A DNA stretch of 63,719 bases, counting the filler. It is 4 parts of 4 records of this genome, joined end to end, with 100 filler letters (N's around TTAATTAATTAA, not from the genome) between each part and the next. Parts side by side here need not be neighbours in the genome. Positions count along the whole stretch, not along the records: positions 54,322 to 63,719 come from SRR20825019_1793; 3 more parts are not named here. One strand, 5' to 3'. The notes under the pieces were generated by a model. The model was not told the DNA's origin. It searched no databases and saw only the letters and a program-made list of their open reading frames with translations. Below, piece by piece: positions 62,759-63,719 of this stretch (its first letter is position 1; each line of letters starts with the position of its first letter). Position numbers and translations under genes: made by a program.

Positions 62759-63719
62759 CTAGAAATAGTTTTCAATAAACAAGAATGCAATTGCACCTGC
62801 TACAAAACCTACAGCTGCTAACCAAGCAATTTTCTTAAGGTACCAGATGAAATCAATTTTCTCCATTCCCATTGCTGCAACACCTGCAGCAGAACCAATA
62901 ATTAGCATACTACCACCAGTTCCTGCAGAGTAAGCAATAAAGTGCCACAATTGTGCATCCATTGGTGCTGTATACATACCCATTGAAGCTGCAACTAACG
63001 GTACGTTATCTATAATTGCAGAGAACACACCCAACATCATTACTACAACATCTTGATTTGGTATAGCACTTTGTAGTACTTCTGCTAAATATCTTAGTGT
63101 TCCTACTTCTTCTCCGCCAATAGTACCATAAACTAAAGTCTCTAAAGCAGCTACAGCCATAAGTATTCCTAAGAAGAATAATATAGATGAAATCTCAATC
63201 CTACTTAATGCCTTGTGCGCAGAATATTGTTTTCTACGTTCTTGCGTAAAGTCTTCTTCCGGATGAATGTATTCTGATACCAACCAAACTACACCTAAAG
63301 CAAGCATCATTCCCATATAAGGTGGTAAGTGTGTAAGTGTTTTAAACACAGGCACAGAAACAATTGCTCCTAAACCTAAGAACAACATTGTCTTACTACT
63401 TAATAAACGTTCTGCCTCCTTATCTTCATTAACATCAAAATAAATATCTCCTTTGAATACTGGAAGAAGTGAAGCGATAAAAAACGGTACTACAAAACAA
63501 ATTATAGATGGTATAACGATATACTCTATAAGACCAAGAGCAGAAACTTTATCTGCTATCCATAACATAGTTGTTGTAACATCTCCAATAGGAGACCAAG
63601 CACCACCAGCATTGGCAGCAATTACAACCATACCTGCAAACCAAAGACGCTCGTCTCGGTTATAAACAAGTTTTCTTAACAATGTAATTAATACAATAGT
63701 TGCAGTAAGGTTATCTATA
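62759..63719 (-). CDS. nhaD: Na+/H+ antiporter NhaD, 5'-truncated by the window edge
   Basis: AANAGGAWSPIGDVTTTMLW, SAIIDNVPLVAA, AGTGGSMLIIGSAAGV. Confidence 0.92.
   Translation of the reverse strand, partial: IDNLTATIVLITLLRKLVYNRDERLWFAGMVVIAANAGGAWSPIGDVTTTMLWIADKVSALGLIEYIVIPSIICFVVPFFIASLLPVFKGDIYFDVNEDKEAERLLSSKTMLFLGLGAIVSVPVFKTLTHLPPYMGMMLALGVVWLVSEYIHPEEDFTQERRKQYSAHKALSRIEISSILFFLGILMAVAALETLVYGTIGGEEVGTLRYLAEVLQSAIPNQDVVVMMLGVFSAIIDNVPLVAASMGMYTAPMDAQLWHFIAYSAGTGGSMLIIGSAAGVAAMGMEKIDFIWYLKKIAWLAAVGFVAGAIAFLFIENYF

Overview
The window is not one continuous molecule. It is four contigs joined by artificial 100-bp spacers (44 N + TTAATTAATTAA + 44 N at 17705-17804, 26798-26897 and 54222-54321). 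Contig 1 (1-17704) is a gene-dense eukaryotic, probably protist, fragment with short GT-AG introns (44-57 nt where mapped). It encodes a calponin-homology protein, an intronless APC permease, two RING-H2 proteins, an ankyrin+LRR protein, a WD40-like protein, a DUSP-USP deubiquitinase and two unknowns. Very GC-rich islands sit at gene 5' ends. Contig 2 (17805-26797) is a Bacteroidota accessory region in which all nine genes are co-oriented. Five of its junctions hold 140-220 bp imperfect-palindrome elements with attC-like ends (..GCCAAC-like just after a stop codon, (G/C)TTG.....(C/A)AT-like just before the next gene). This looks like an integron-like gene-cassette array and is the strongest novelty candidate, although no integrase is on this short contig. 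Contigs 3 (26898-54221) and 4 (54322-63719) are mostly Flavobacteriaceae core genes: hemB, ogt, dut, an EnvC-like gene, dprA, trpS, an ECF sigma operon, recA, folC, amtB, an MbnP/MbnH-like cluster, tonB-exbD-exbB and nhaD. Notable details there are a duplicated ECF-type promoter (ACGCAACC-N14-GCATCT) that appears to drive a structured non-coding RNA, a possible 3'-UTR sRNA, an orphan cassette remnant, a homopolymer frameshift and a palindrome upstream of amtB. All calls are by eye from sequence and motif recall; no database searches were run.
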